From: a virus
Lineage: Duplodnaviria > Caudoviricetes
IMG/VR virus record: IMGVR_UViG_3300047160_005605
Location: 8,229-72,228 of that record
Strand: one strand, 5' to 3'
DNA length: 64,000 bases
Part shown: positions 26,291 through 35,696 of the stretch, in pieces
Layout of the letters: the number at the start of each line of letters is the position of its first letter
How positions within the stretch are numbered: the first letter of the stretch is position 1
The notes under the pieces: model-generated
The model's database searches: none
Seen by the model: only the letters and a program-made list of their open reading frames with translations
Told to the model about the DNA's origin: nothing
Position numbers and translations under genes: made by a program

Positions 26291-26406
26291 AACCCTTTCT
26301 GAGGTTCCTTGATACGCTTCTCTGGGCATTGTTCAGCAGCGTGGTTTTGCTGCTGGGTGTTTCGGTACTCTGGATCATTCTTTCCTCCCTGGGGATCGTC
26401 CGATGA
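26287..26406 (+). CDS. 39-aa membrane peptide
   Basis: Read by hand (MKPFLRFLDTLLWALFSSVVLLLGVSVLWIILSSLGIVR); ATGA coupling at both ends. Confidence 0.55.
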   Translation: MKPFLRFLDTLLWALFSSVVLLLGVSVLWIILSSLGIVR

Positions 26407-27185
26407 GAACGCTATTGGGGTTCGAGCGATTGGAAGACCGGCTGACTCCCTCAACAGTTGTCGTGGACCAATTGCTCGGCCCCAATTTCACGATCCAGGC
26501 CGGCATCGACCAAGCGCATCCGGGCGATATCGTCCGTGTCGATGCCGGCCTCTATGGCGGCGCTGTCGTCAATAAAGCCCTTACTCTGGAAGGATTACCA
26601 GGAGCCGTCATCCAGAGTCCTTTGTTGATGGGCGGCGTCGCCATAGGTTTGTTGGTGTCTGGGCAGGGCACCACTGTCAGCAGCCTGGCTATTCAGGGAA
26701 TCCACGGCGCACTCGGTTCCATCGGCGTGTGCTGCTACCCGGGTAGCCAGGCTGTTCTTGCTGGTCTTACTATCAGCGATGTTAGCGGAGGCTACGCTTA
26801 TGGCGTGTGGGTACACGAAAGCACTGCTACGCTCGCGGGCTGCAAGATAGAAGGTGTGATTGGTGCCGCTGTCAAAATCGGTGGAGTTGCTGTCACCTAC
26901 GCCACTATCGACGGTTGCGACCTGTCAGGAACAATGGCTGTGCAAGTCAGTGGCTATTCCCAAGTCTCTGGCAAGGGAAACATACTCAGGGGCAATTTTG
27001 GTGTCTTTGTCGATGAATACTTTATAGGTGCTTTGAGTGTCTGGGAATCGGACTTTGCGCGAGCCACAGCGCCAGCCGTCAATCAAGCAGACAGAGGCAT
27101 TATCCTAGAGTACGACTGGTGGGGAGGACCTCCTCCTGTGCTCGCGCAGATCGACAATATGAACCCTCTTGCGGAGGCTCCATGA
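26403..27185 (+). CDS. secreted right-handed beta-helix (pectin-lyase-like) protein with planctomycete-type export motif
   Basis: N-terminal FERLEDRLTPS; TIQAGID.A..GD.V.V..G.Y beta-helix cap followed by PbH1-like repeats. Confidence 0.8.
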   Translation: MRTLLGFERLEDRLTPSTVVVDQLLGPNFTIQAGIDQAHPGDIVRVDAGLYGGAVVNKALTLEGLPGAVIQSPLLMGGVAIGLLVSGQGTTVSSLAIQGIHGALGSIGVCCYPGSQAVLAGLTISDVSGGYAYGVWVHESTATLAGCKIEGVIGAAVKIGGVAVTYATIDGCDLSGTMAVQVSGYSQVSGKGNILRGNFGVFVDEYFIGALSVWESDFARATAPAVNQADRGIILEYDWWGGPPPVLAQIDNMNPLAEAP

Positions 27186-27541
27186 AGCGCAGCAGCATCT
27201 CCGCCACACAGCGCACGCTTAAGGAAATGAGACGTTTGGGATACCGCACGGCGATAGTCGAGAAGTGGAATCCTCATGCCTTTGTCCGACAAGACTTGTA
27301 CGGCATTATTGACGTGCTGGGAATAAAGGCGAGAAAGATCCTCGGCATCCAGTCTACTACCCGAGCGAATACAGGGGCGCACGTCCACAAGCTGCTAGAA
27401 GATAATAGGCAGGCGCTCTCTGACTGGCTAGACGCAGGAGGTTTATTTGAGCTATGGTCATGGGCGAAGGTGGGCGCAAAGGGCAAGCGCAAGCATTGGG
27501 AAGTAGCCAGACGGACTTTTACAATGGATGACTTGTGCTAG
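27182..27541 (+). CDS. PD-(D/E)xK nuclease, Holliday-junction-resolvase-like
   Basis: RTL..MR..GY...IVE...DL.G.ID.LGI....LGIQST pattern. Confidence 0.65.
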   Translation: MKRSSISATQRTLKEMRRLGYRTAIVEKWNPHAFVRQDLYGIIDVLGIKARKILGIQSTTRANTGAHVHKLLEDNRQALSDWLDAGGLFELWSWAKVGAKGKRKHWEVARRTFTMDDLC

Positions 27542-28443
27542 AAAAACTCACCATCCGCAACTTCCAGAAGCATAGAAAGCTAGAGGTAGACTTTGACCGA
27601 TTCATCACAACTCTCGTCGGAGCAAACGACGCAGGAAAATCAGCCGTCATTCGAGCGTTACGATATCTCGCGCTTAATCGAAGCCCTAAAGGTCATTTCG
27701 TACATAGTGGCACTGAACAGGTTTCAGTATCTCTACTTCTGGACGAAGGATCATCCGTTCAGAGGAAGCATGGGAAGGGACGGAACCTATATAAACTGGA
27801 CGGACGAGTATTTTCAGCGACCAGTAATAAGGTTCCCGAAGCGGTAGCCAAGCTGCTCAACGTCGGAGACGTGAACTTTCAAGGGCAGCATAACTTACCC
27901 TTCTGGTTCAGCGAGACGCCAGGTCAGGTCGGCAAGAACCTCAACGCCATTATCAACCTGGATGTCATCGACAAGACTCTTGCCTCTATCAACTCTATCG
28001 AGCGCAAGGCAAAAGCGAAGGTTGAACTAACGCAAGACCGGCTTAAAGAAGCTCAAGCCCGGCGACGGAAGTACGGTCCAGTTCGCCTTATTGCAGACTC
28101 TTTGGCAGACTTAGAGAGGCAATCTAGCCAATTAGAGCTATTGCGAAAAAGGCGTCTTAGGTTAAGCGAGTTGGTGAAAGAGATACAGGCCCTAAGAAAG
28201 ACTCTCAAACAAGCTGCCTGGGGCGATCTTGCTAAAGCAATCGCACGTCTAGAGAAGCAGGCGACGGCGCTAAAGCAGCTTAGCGAGCAGCGAGACGCAC
28301 TAAACATAATTACACTACGCTTGGCAACACTGAGGAGAACAAAATGCCAGAGTCAAGAGTCAGCCATCGCAGCCGAAAAGAAACTTCACCAGTTGTGCAA
28401 AGGGAGGTGCCCGGTGTGCGGTTCAGAGGTCAAGAAGTTCTGA
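27535..28443 (+). CDS. sbcC: SbcC/Rad50-like ATPase, N-terminal half
   Basis: L.IRNFQKH, Walker A GANDAGKS, Q-loop, coiled coil ending in CPVCG zinc hook. Confidence 0.85.
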   Translation: MLEKLTIRNFQKHRKLEVDFDRFITTLVGANDAGKSAVIRALRYLALNRSPKGHFVHSGTEQVSVSLLLDEGSSVQRKHGKGRNLYKLDGRVFSATSNKVPEAVAKLLNVGDVNFQGQHNLPFWFSETPGQVGKNLNAIINLDVIDKTLASINSIERKAKAKVELTQDRLKEAQARRRKYGPVRLIADSLADLERQSSQLELLRKRRLRLSELVKEIQALRKTLKQAAWGDLAKAIARLEKQATALKQLSEQRDALNIITLRLATLRRTKCQSQESAIAAEKKLHQLCKGRCPVCGSEVKKF

Positions 28444-29342
28444 GCATCCACGTCTCGGATTTACACTTATCGCATATCCCTCCCATCGCTCGTTCGGCAG
28501 AGATGAATTGGTACCGGACGCAAGCGGATTACCTCCACCAACTTAGGGCAATGCAGGATTTGTATTCGGCCCCTATCATCGTCGCGGGAGACATATTCAA
28601 TTCCTATAAGGAACCCGCCGAGTTGGTCAATTATCTCATTGACGTTATGCCTATCGTCCATGCGATTCCCGGCCAGCATGATTTGCCCTTTCACCGTCTA
28701 GAGGATATCCACAAGAGCGTCTATTGGACGCTAGTTAAGGCAGGAAAGATCAAGAACCTCTCTGCGGTTCCCATGAGGGTGTCCGATAGACTCTGGGCTA
28801 TGGGATTCCCTTATGGAGTGAAAGTACATCCCCTAGAAGGTTATGGGCAACCGTGTGTGGCAGTTATCCATTCTTACGTCTGGATCAAGGGCAAATGCTA
28901 TCCCGGCGCACCAAAAGAGCGCAGACTCGCTCGCTGGGAGGAATGCCTCAGGGGTTACTTCGCCGCAGCGTTCGGCGACAATCATCAAGGATTCATCTCG
29001 CACATAGGTAAGACCTCCGTCATCAATTGTGGTACATTCATGCGGAGAAGGATAGATGAGATAGACTACAAACCGCAAGTGGGGTTATTGCTTAGCTCGG
29101 GCAAGTTCGTCTGGACACCTTTGCAAGTCAAATATGACAAGTTCATTGATAACGTCATACTTACCAACCTCCTGCGTCACCATGAGAATGATCCCAAGCA
29201 GATTCAAGACCTAGTGAAGGAACTTAAAGAAGCGGGCGATAGCGCTGAGGACTTTATCTCCTTTGTGAGGAGGTGGCTTGAGCGAAAGAAGATACCGCGC
29301 GACGTGAAGAATACCATCCTACTAGCTATGGAGGCAACATGA
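28416..29342 (+). CDS. sbcD: SbcD/Mre11-like metallophosphoesterase nuclease
   Basis: SDLH, AGDIF, IPGQHD, GDNH motifs; GTG 28416 chosen from the GGGAGG RBS. Confidence 0.88.
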   Translation: MRFRGQEVLSIHVSDLHLSHIPPIARSAEMNWYRTQADYLHQLRAMQDLYSAPIIVAGDIFNSYKEPAELVNYLIDVMPIVHAIPGQHDLPFHRLEDIHKSVYWTLVKAGKIKNLSAVPMRVSDRLWAMGFPYGVKVHPLEGYGQPCVAVIHSYVWIKGKCYPGAPKERRLARWEECLRGYFAAAFGDNHQGFISHIGKTSVINCGTFMRRRIDEIDYKPQVGLLLSSGKFVWTPLQVKYDKFIDNVILTNLLRHHENDPKQIQDLVKELKEAGDSAEDFISFVRRWLERKKIPRDVKNTILLAMEAT

Positions 29343-29590
29343 CCACGCTCGAAAGACTTGCTGCCCTAAAGAACGACATTGGAAAGTACAAAGCGCAGGC
29401 TGACCGCGCCATGGGTGCGATCAATCAGTTAGAGCAACAATTAGACAAAGAGTTTGGTTGTTCTGTGCGTGAAGCGGCGAAACGCTTGAAGGTTATGGAA
29501 GGCCAGATCAGGGAATTAGACGAAGAGATGAACGAAGGTCTGAACAGCCTGTATGAGGAATGGACTAGATTCAAAGGAGGGATTACATGA
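29339..29590 (+). CDS. short coiled-coil protein
   Basis: Heptad pattern; GGAGG RBS. Confidence 0.7.
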   Translation: MTTLERLAALKNDIGKYKAQADRAMGAINQLEQQLDKEFGCSVREAAKRLKVMEGQIRELDEEMNEGLNSLYEEWTRFKGGIT

Positions 29591-29991
29591 AAACGTCCCC
29601 AGCCAAGCATGGCGACAAATGGACTCTGCATGACCTCAATATCCTTTGGGCTATTCGTATGCGCTCGCATAACCCAGACGGAGATTGGGGAGCAATGCGA
29701 GCGGCGACGGGACATGGCATCAAGGCGTGCTATAACGCTCTCTACCGCTGCTATCGCTGCGACAGCGGTACAGGTAAAGTCTACTGGGACAGCCCGCCTT
29801 TCAGTGACGTGGTCTATATTCATTATGCCGAGAAAAACTTTAGTGCCTTTGAGGATAAGGTCCTGAAAGAGCATGATTGCCCAGAGATAAGGCTAATCTA
29901 CCTCCTTAACAGACCGCTAGAGGAAATCCAGAAGCGCAAGAAGTTCCTCAAGAGCTATGGCCGCAAACCCTTCTTCCCAGAACTTGAATAG
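29587..29991 (+). CDS. hypothetical protein with two Myb/SANT-like HTH repeats
   Basis: KWT.HDL.IL...W..M...GH...C and FS..ED..L...LLNRP...I..R patterns. Confidence 0.55.
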   Translation: MKTSPAKHGDKWTLHDLNILWAIRMRSHNPDGDWGAMRAATGHGIKACYNALYRCYRCDSGTGKVYWDSPPFSDVVYIHYAEKNFSAFEDKVLKEHDCPEIRLIYLLNRPLEEIQKRKKFLKSYGRKPFFPELE

Positions 29992-30550
29992 CCTCCGCAA
30001 GGAGGTGGACAAGCTGTTCGCCGAATACTTGCTAGCTCGCCAGCAGGTCCGAGACGAAAAAACGGCTCTAGAAGTCGCTCAGCGCGAGCACAAAGCAGCA
30101 CAAGAGGGGCGTCTAATCTTGCAGGAAGCAGCGCAGGCTATGCAGCAGCGAGCACACAAGCGCATTGCGGAGATAGTCTCGAAATGCTTGGAAACCGTCT
30201 TTGCACAACCCTATGAGCTAAGAATCGCCTTTGAGCGCAAGCGAGGCAAGACCGAAGCTAGACTATCTTTCTGGCGAGATGATTTAGAAGTAGACCCCCT
30301 AGAAGGAGCGGGCGGCGGCATTGTTGACGTGGCAGCCTTTGCTTTGCGCTTGGCTTGCCTAGTGCTAAGCAAACCATCAAAGCGCATGGTGCTTATCTTA
30401 GACGAACCATTCAAGGGCGTAGACGTAGTGAATCGCAAGAAGGTCCGCGAGATGATGAATCAGCTAGCTCGCCAGATGCACATCCAATTCATAATGGTAA
30501 CGCAGATCGCTGACATGGGTCTTGGCAAAGTGATCGAATTACCATCCTAG
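29957..30550 (+). CDS. sbcC: SbcC/Rad50-like ATPase, C-terminal half
   Basis: Coiled coil, signature-like GAGGG, Walker B/D-loop LILDEPF.GVD, H-switch position VTQ. Confidence 0.85.
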   Translation: MAANPSSQNLNSLRKEVDKLFAEYLLARQQVRDEKTALEVAQREHKAAQEGRLILQEAAQAMQQRAHKRIAEIVSKCLETVFAQPYELRIAFERKRGKTEARLSFWRDDLEVDPLEGAGGGIVDVAAFALRLACLVLSKPSKRMVLILDEPFKGVDVVNRKKVREMMNQLARQMHIQFIMVTQIADMGLGKVIELPS

Positions 30551-33500
30551 CTCATGTCCACCATGAACGCTGCCCGGCTGTGCTGGTACAGGAGGCACAA
30601 TCACTTGCACAGTCACGCCTGGAGATAGTGTACCGTCTGCCGTGCGATAAAGAGCTACCAAGACGTTATAAATGCCGGGCGTATAACCATTGAGCACAGT
30701 CGCTAAATGCGGACCTTTGACGTTGACGATAGCCTGAGGAACAGTGGTTGTGTCGGGTAGCGCAGGATCGAGCGTTGTCCAAACCCTCCACTTATCAGCG
30801 GGATAGGGGTCTGTTTTGACAGTGGGATAAATCGCCGTGACGCGAATCTGTCCTTCTCCCAGATAGAATACCTTAACCTCAGTAGGAGCAGCCATGGGCG
30901 GCAGGACCACGCTGCCGGTAGGATCAACCGTGATCGTTGTGGCCTGCTGGTTCTGGGAAACCAGACCATAACTATCTTGCTTCCTGATAACGAAATAGAA
31001 GGTTGTACTGGATCGCGCCCCCACACCACGGCGCACGATGCCTGTCATCGAAGTTACATCCGTATCAGGTAGGTTGGTTGGGATACCCTTCTGAGTCAGA
31101 GCCACGTCGCTGAACACCCAACTCATATAAATGCTATCCGGCAACATGCCAATGTTGTTCCCCACCTGATTCAGGAACTGGAAGGTTCGATCATAGTAAA
31201 TTTGATTGGTCGGGCAGGGTTCTATATCCGGCCAGAAGATGATGCCGAAGGGAATGGATAGACCGGCGAAGTAGGCTTTCAGAGTCAGCATATCCGCATA
31301 GAAAGCAGCCTTGCCAGCATCTGTCTGGTTAATCAATTCCCAATTCGCATCTATGTGGACAAAGGCTGGAGCCGTCGTCAAGGCACCGACCGCAGCCTCT
31401 ATCTGGGCCACCGAGAGTGACGGATAAGGCTCGATCAGTCCGACCTTGACGGCTCCGGCCGTGTAGGGCGAGGTGATGCCGGAGACGAATTGATTCATCC
31501 TTGTGGCTTGCGTGGTAAGGCTCGTAATGCCGCAAGACGCATTGGCTCCATAGAACCCTTCATCAATGGCTATAAGCACTTGCGTCAAACCGGCTCCGAA
31601 CACATTGTCTACGGCCTGCTTGGCATCGGATACAGCCTGCACGGCTCCCGTATCGCTGCAATACTGCGGTTTCCAAACCCCCGAATAGAAGCACAGCTTG
31701 ATACCCCAAGTATTCAGCTTGCTAATCATGCCGGCAGTGTTGAGCGTTGTCCACGTGTTGTTGCCGGGACCGGGAGGGGGTGCTCCATTCCATAGACTCA
31801 GGTAACTCAATTCCAGAACATCCAGAGAATCTCTAGCTGTTGCCCACTGCGCAGGATTGGTAAACAAGTTGGGCAAATCTGTAGAACCAGGAGCCGGAGC
31901 CATGAAAATTCTCGTTCCCTTGGGTGGTAGCGAAGGAATAGGGAATGAGAAAGGCAGCGTCGGACTCGATAAGTATGGTACGACAGACAAATCAGGAGGC
32001 GCATTTTCCCCCATGTAGATCAAATACAAATCCTGCGTAGGATCCTGAATCCTGTATTTACCTTTCTGTTCTAGTGTAAAAACAAGCGCCGGGATCCCAT
32101 GCAAGAAAGCCGTGCGCAGATACCATATCGGATTGTGCCATACTTCAGGCAGCGGGAAGAAGGGAATATCCGGTCGCCTGAGAGCAACATCGGGGGCTAT
32201 GGTGGGGATCTGCACCCTCACCTTCTTGAGATAGTCGTAGGCGAGTGTCGAAGGAGGTTCGTCGTAATATCTGGCAATGTTGAAGTTGGGCCTGGCCGTG
32301 GGCTTATCGGGAAACAGCAGCTTGTATATCCGCTGATAGTTCTGCGCCGCCCAGGGAGGTTCCGGAGGCACAAAGGTTATGGCCTGCCGAGTAGGCGGAG
32401 GCTGCTGACCAGGAATGGTATGGACACCACCCGGTGTGGGTATTCGACTTGGAGGCCGCAGCCACCATGATTCAAACTCAGGCAATGGATAAAACCATTG
32501 TTCCTTTTCCCTTGTGTGAGTAGGCGGAGGTTGTTGAGCGGGCATGATCGCCGTAGACAACCCATATTCCCATCTCGGGAAAGTCCAGTACCAAGAGTCA
32601 TACTCAGGCAATGGAATCCATGCTGCTATCTGCTCTTTCTCGCGGGTATGCGTGGGAGGAGGATCTTGCCCTGGCATGTTGGTCGGTCCCATGCCCTCCC
32701 ATCTTGGAAACGTGTAATAGTAGGAATCATATTCAGGCAAGGGATAAAATATCTGCTCTTTCTCTCTGGTGTGCAAAGGAGGCACGTCCAGAGAAGCGAG
32801 CATCGCTGCCGACATGCCTTCCCATCTTGGGATGACGTAGTAATAGCTTTCTAACTCTGGCAAAGGATAGAATGTCTGCTCGCGTTCGCGCGTATGCAGC
32901 GGTGGTGTATCGGGGGGCGGGGGCGGGAAGTAATAAACCACCTTGCGATTGGGAGCCGTCCATAGATCGTAAGGTTTCACAAAGTCCGCCATCACTTCGG
33001 ATGGAGTGACGGCGCGATTGTAAACCCTTACATCGTTGATGTTGCCGTCAAACCATTCGGAATTAGCCCCGTCGCCAATCTCTACCGGATCACCCGTCTG
33101 CGTATTGCTTACCGGCACCATCGTACCGGAGAAGCTAGCTACCGGGACTCCATTGAGGTACAGGAACACTTGCCCCAAGTTACTATCCGAAGTGACGAAT
33201 ACTCGATACCAAGTGCCTACAGAAATACCGCCAGCGCTGAGGTTGGTGGCGGCACCCGCGTCGTCATTACGCCATCTGAAGGTTATGGAATTGACGAGCC
33301 CTCCATAATTCGCATTGTTGTTCGATAGGAGTATTCTTGCACGGACTGCAAAGGTCGCATTCTTGGATTCCCAATAGATCGACCTGGCACCTGTGTTCTG
33401 GTTCGTATCACCAGAGACAGGTAGAGAGGCTGCTTGAAAGCTGGCGGCAAGCGAGTAAGCAGTCAATCCTCTGATGGAAGCAGCATTGGCTCCTGCCCCG

Positions 33501-33772
33501 CAATTCACCATCGACTTGCCGGTAACCTGAGTGAAGTTGACCGCCTTCCCCTTCAGACCGGTAGTCCAGGTAGGCAGAACTCCGCCTGTATCGAAGTTGA
33601 AAGCGGCGTTGAACTTCTGCCCGGCTATACCGTAGCACTTGCAAGGTGTCCCCATGCCCTCATTCAAGGGCCAGTAATACAGCAACCCCATCGCCAAAGG
33701 ATGAGCGTAATTGATCTGCGCTCCGGGAGGAGGTTGAGTGCGTCCCCAGGGAGGATTGAGAATACCTAGCAT
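30539..33772 (-). CDS. tail fibre / receptor-binding protein: LamG domain + Pro/aromatic repeats + glycosidase-like domain + C-terminal beta domain
   Basis: YWPLNEG...W..V....LYLNG...FDGNINDVRVYNRA (LamG); last gene of the tail module. Confidence 0.75.
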   Translation of the reverse strand: MLGILNPPWGRTQPPPGAQINYAHPLAMGLLYYWPLNEGMGTPCKCYGIAGQKFNAAFNFDTGGVLPTWTTGLKGKAVNFTQVTGKSMVNCGAGANAASIRGLTAYSLAASFQAASLPVSGDTNQNTGARSIYWESKNATFAVRARILLSNNNANYGGLVNSITFRWRNDDAGAATNLSAGGISVGTWYRVFVTSDSNLGQVFLYLNGVPVASFSGTMVPVSNTQTGDPVEIGDGANSEWFDGNINDVRVYNRAVTPSEVMADFVKPYDLWTAPNRKVVYYFPPPPPDTPPLHTREREQTFYPLPELESYYYVIPRWEGMSAAMLASLDVPPLHTREKEQIFYPLPEYDSYYYTFPRWEGMGPTNMPGQDPPPTHTREKEQIAAWIPLPEYDSWYWTFPRWEYGLSTAIMPAQQPPPTHTREKEQWFYPLPEFESWWLRPPSRIPTPGGVHTIPGQQPPPTRQAITFVPPEPPWAAQNYQRIYKLLFPDKPTARPNFNIARYYDEPPSTLAYDYLKKVRVQIPTIAPDVALRRPDIPFFPLPEVWHNPIWYLRTAFLHGIPALVFTLEQKGKYRIQDPTQDLYLIYMGENAPPDLSVVPYLSSPTLPFSFPIPSLPPKGTRIFMAPAPGSTDLPNLFTNPAQWATARDSLDVLELSYLSLWNGAPPPGPGNNTWTTLNTAGMISKLNTWGIKLCFYSGVWKPQYCSDTGAVQAVSDAKQAVDNVFGAGLTQVLIAIDEGFYGANASCGITSLTTQATRMNQFVSGITSPYTAGAVKVGLIEPYPSLSVAQIEAAVGALTTAPAFVHIDANWELINQTDAGKAAFYADMLTLKAYFAGLSIPFGIIFWPDIEPCPTNQIYYDRTFQFLNQVGNNIGMLPDSIYMSWVFSDVALTQKGIPTNLPDTDVTSMTGIVRRGVGARSSTTFYFVIRKQDSYGLVSQNQQATTITVDPTGSVVLPPMAAPTEVKVFYLGEGQIRVTAIYPTVKTDPYPADKWRVWTTLDPALPDTTTVPQAIVNVKGPHLATVLNGYTPGIYNVLVALYRTADGTLSPGVTVQVIVPPVPAQPGSVHGGHELGW

Positions 33773-34260
33773 TAGGCTGCCTGAGTCTGGATGCCCTGAT
33801 AGGTAACCGAGTGATTAGCTGGTGTAGTGTCTAGCACGCTACCGCTCTTGTTCTCGATGACGATGCCCCACTTGGCAGGTAGAATTCCACCAAATCCCAA
33901 AGCCACCGAGAAGGGACCACCTATATCAGAGGCGGCAGTAGCATTGAGGTTGATAACCCCTATGAGTCTCAGGTTATTCGGAGTGACTGCGGGGCTAAGA
34001 GTGCCGTCGCTGCCAGTGCAGTTAGCGGTATAGGTAGTACCTCCATCGACGGTACCGTAGGCATAGACGTTGATCGTGCCTGTGGCGCTGACACCCGAAG
34101 CTCCTGCCTTGATCTTGACAGAAACCAGAGCATCCAGAAAGAGATTGGTAGTGTTGTCAACGGCAGTGCTCTGCTGCAATACGGCATTGCCTAAGGATGC
34201 TAAGGTAATGGTGATAACTTGACCTGATGCACCGTAAAGGGCTTTATTTGTAGTAGCCAC
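33772..34260 (-). CDS. probable virion structural protein
   Basis: Thr/Gly/Ala-rich beta protein in the tail operon. Confidence 0.65.
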   Translation of the reverse strand: MATTNKALYGASGQVITITLASLGNAVLQQSTAVDNTTNLFLDALVSVKIKAGASGVSATGTINVYAYGTVDGGTTYTANCTGSDGTLSPAVTPNNLRLIGVINLNATAASDIGGPFSVALGFGGILPAKWGIVIENKSGSVLDTTPANHSVTYQGIQTQAA

Positions 34261-34261
34261 A

Positions 34262-34846
34262 TTATCCTCTTAGGTTAAAGAGTTTACGTGGACTCCCGAG
34301 ATTGTAAGGAACCGTACGGCCGTCTTTGTAGGTCAAGAGGACGTGCTTGTTCACAAAGAAGTCATAATCCTGTGCCTTGATTTTGATCGCTGCGGCGACG
34401 ATCTTGGCGGTTTGGCAAGTCATCTTGATGCGGTCGGTCCAGTCGAAGAAGAGATAGACTAATCCTTTGCTACCTTGCTTGCCAATATCACTGCCCAAAT
34501 GGAACTTCGATTGCTCTAGCTCTATGCCGGCAGGATCAATGACCATGGGCTGTTTCGAGAGAGGGATACTCCGTGCTGCTTCATCTAGAGTTTCGCCAAA
34601 GATATAGGCTTCCTGCCAAACCATAGGAAAGGTATCCATCTTGCGCGGGAAAATGAGCAGAACCTTTGCCTCATCGTCAAATACCTCTATGCGGATATTA
34701 TCCTTCTCAGGAGGAAGCGTATTGGCGAAAGGGATGCTGGGAGCGAGACCGAAAGCGCTGGGCTTGGCGACTTCAGGATGCTCGCGCTGCCTCTGCTTCT
34801 GATCCCATAGTTGCCGCATCCTTCGAGCACGGTTTGCACCGTTCAT
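34262..34846 (-). CDS. hypothetical protein
   Basis: GAGG RBS; ORF in the tail operon. Confidence 0.7.
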   Translation of the reverse strand: MNGANRARRMRQLWDQKQRQREHPEVAKPSAFGLAPSIPFANTLPPEKDNIRIEVFDDEAKVLLIFPRKMDTFPMVWQEAYIFGETLDEAARSIPLSKQPMVIDPAGIELEQSKFHLGSDIGKQGSKGLVYLFFDWTDRIKMTCQTAKIVAAAIKIKAQDYDFFVNKHVLLTYKDGRTVPYNLGSPRKLFNLRG

Positions 34847-35323
34847 CTATGCCAACTCCTCAAACACGCAATCAGAGGTAATGGTGATCGACGCGCCGGG
34901 AGCGACCGGGAATTTGACGCCGACAATGCTCGCCGCGTCAATGTACTTGTACTCCTTCGGAGATGGGACGTACTGCCAACCGTTGAGGTAGTTCCACACG
35001 TCTTGCCCGATGATGTTGGAGTCAGTGCCTTCGGCGGTCGCATTCGTGCCAGTCGCTGTCGTCCCTCCCGCAGCGCTCGCCGCAGGATCCGTAGCAGGAC
35101 CCGTGGTAATGGGCGTGAAGGACGTTACTGTGGCGGCACCAGACTTGCGGCAGATTTGTACGGATAGCTGGGTCGAGGTTGTGGAGCTACTCTGAGCGAC
35201 TACGCAGCGAACGATCTGGAGTGGTACAGTCGCACCTGCCTTGATCTGGATGATCGTGATGGCGGCAGTTACCGCCACGCGGGTCATGGATACGACATAC
35301 ACACGGCTCGCGGCTGCTGCCAT
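34847..35323 (-). CDS. probable virion structural protein
   Basis: AAGGAG RBS; Ala/Thr-rich beta composition. Confidence 0.65.
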   Translation of the reverse strand: MAAAASRVYVVSMTRVAVTAAITIIQIKAGATVPLQIVRCVVAQSSSTTSTQLSVQICRKSGAATVTSFTPITTGPATDPAASAAGGTTATGTNATAEGTDSNIIGQDVWNYLNGWQYVPSPKEYKYIDAASIVGVKFPVAPGASITITSDCVFEELA

Positions 35324-35347
35324 AATTCGTCTCCTTTGTTAAGGACC

Positions 35348-35683
35348 TTACTTGTGGTATTCCAATTCGTGATCCTCTTCCAGCCGTTTTGCTAGATCCT
35401 TCATCTTCTCCTCAATCGCCATCTCGGCGATATGGCGCGACGTTCCGGCAGGAACCGAAACGGCGTCATGGATCGTGTCCACTTTGTCGGTAACCTTCTT
35501 CTCGTACTTGATATCCGGAGGATGTGTCGTGGGCAGGATCATGTGATGGACGATCTTGCAATTCTTGAGGTGAACCGTGATGTCATAGTAATCTACCCCA
35601 AGTTCATCACCCTCCACCTTGCGCGGACCCTTCACTTCATGCGTGAATTGAATCTTGGATGGAGGCGCTTCTTTCTTAGCCAC
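35348..35683 (-). CDS. hypothetical protein
   Basis: AAGGAG RBS. Confidence 0.65.
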   Translation of the reverse strand: MAKKEAPPSKIQFTHEVKGPRKVEGDELGVDYYDITVHLKNCKIVHHMILPTTHPPDIKYEKKVTDKVDTIHDAVSVPAGTSRHIAEMAIEEKMKDLAKRLEEDHELEYHK

Positions 35684-35696
35684 GAGAATCTCCTTT

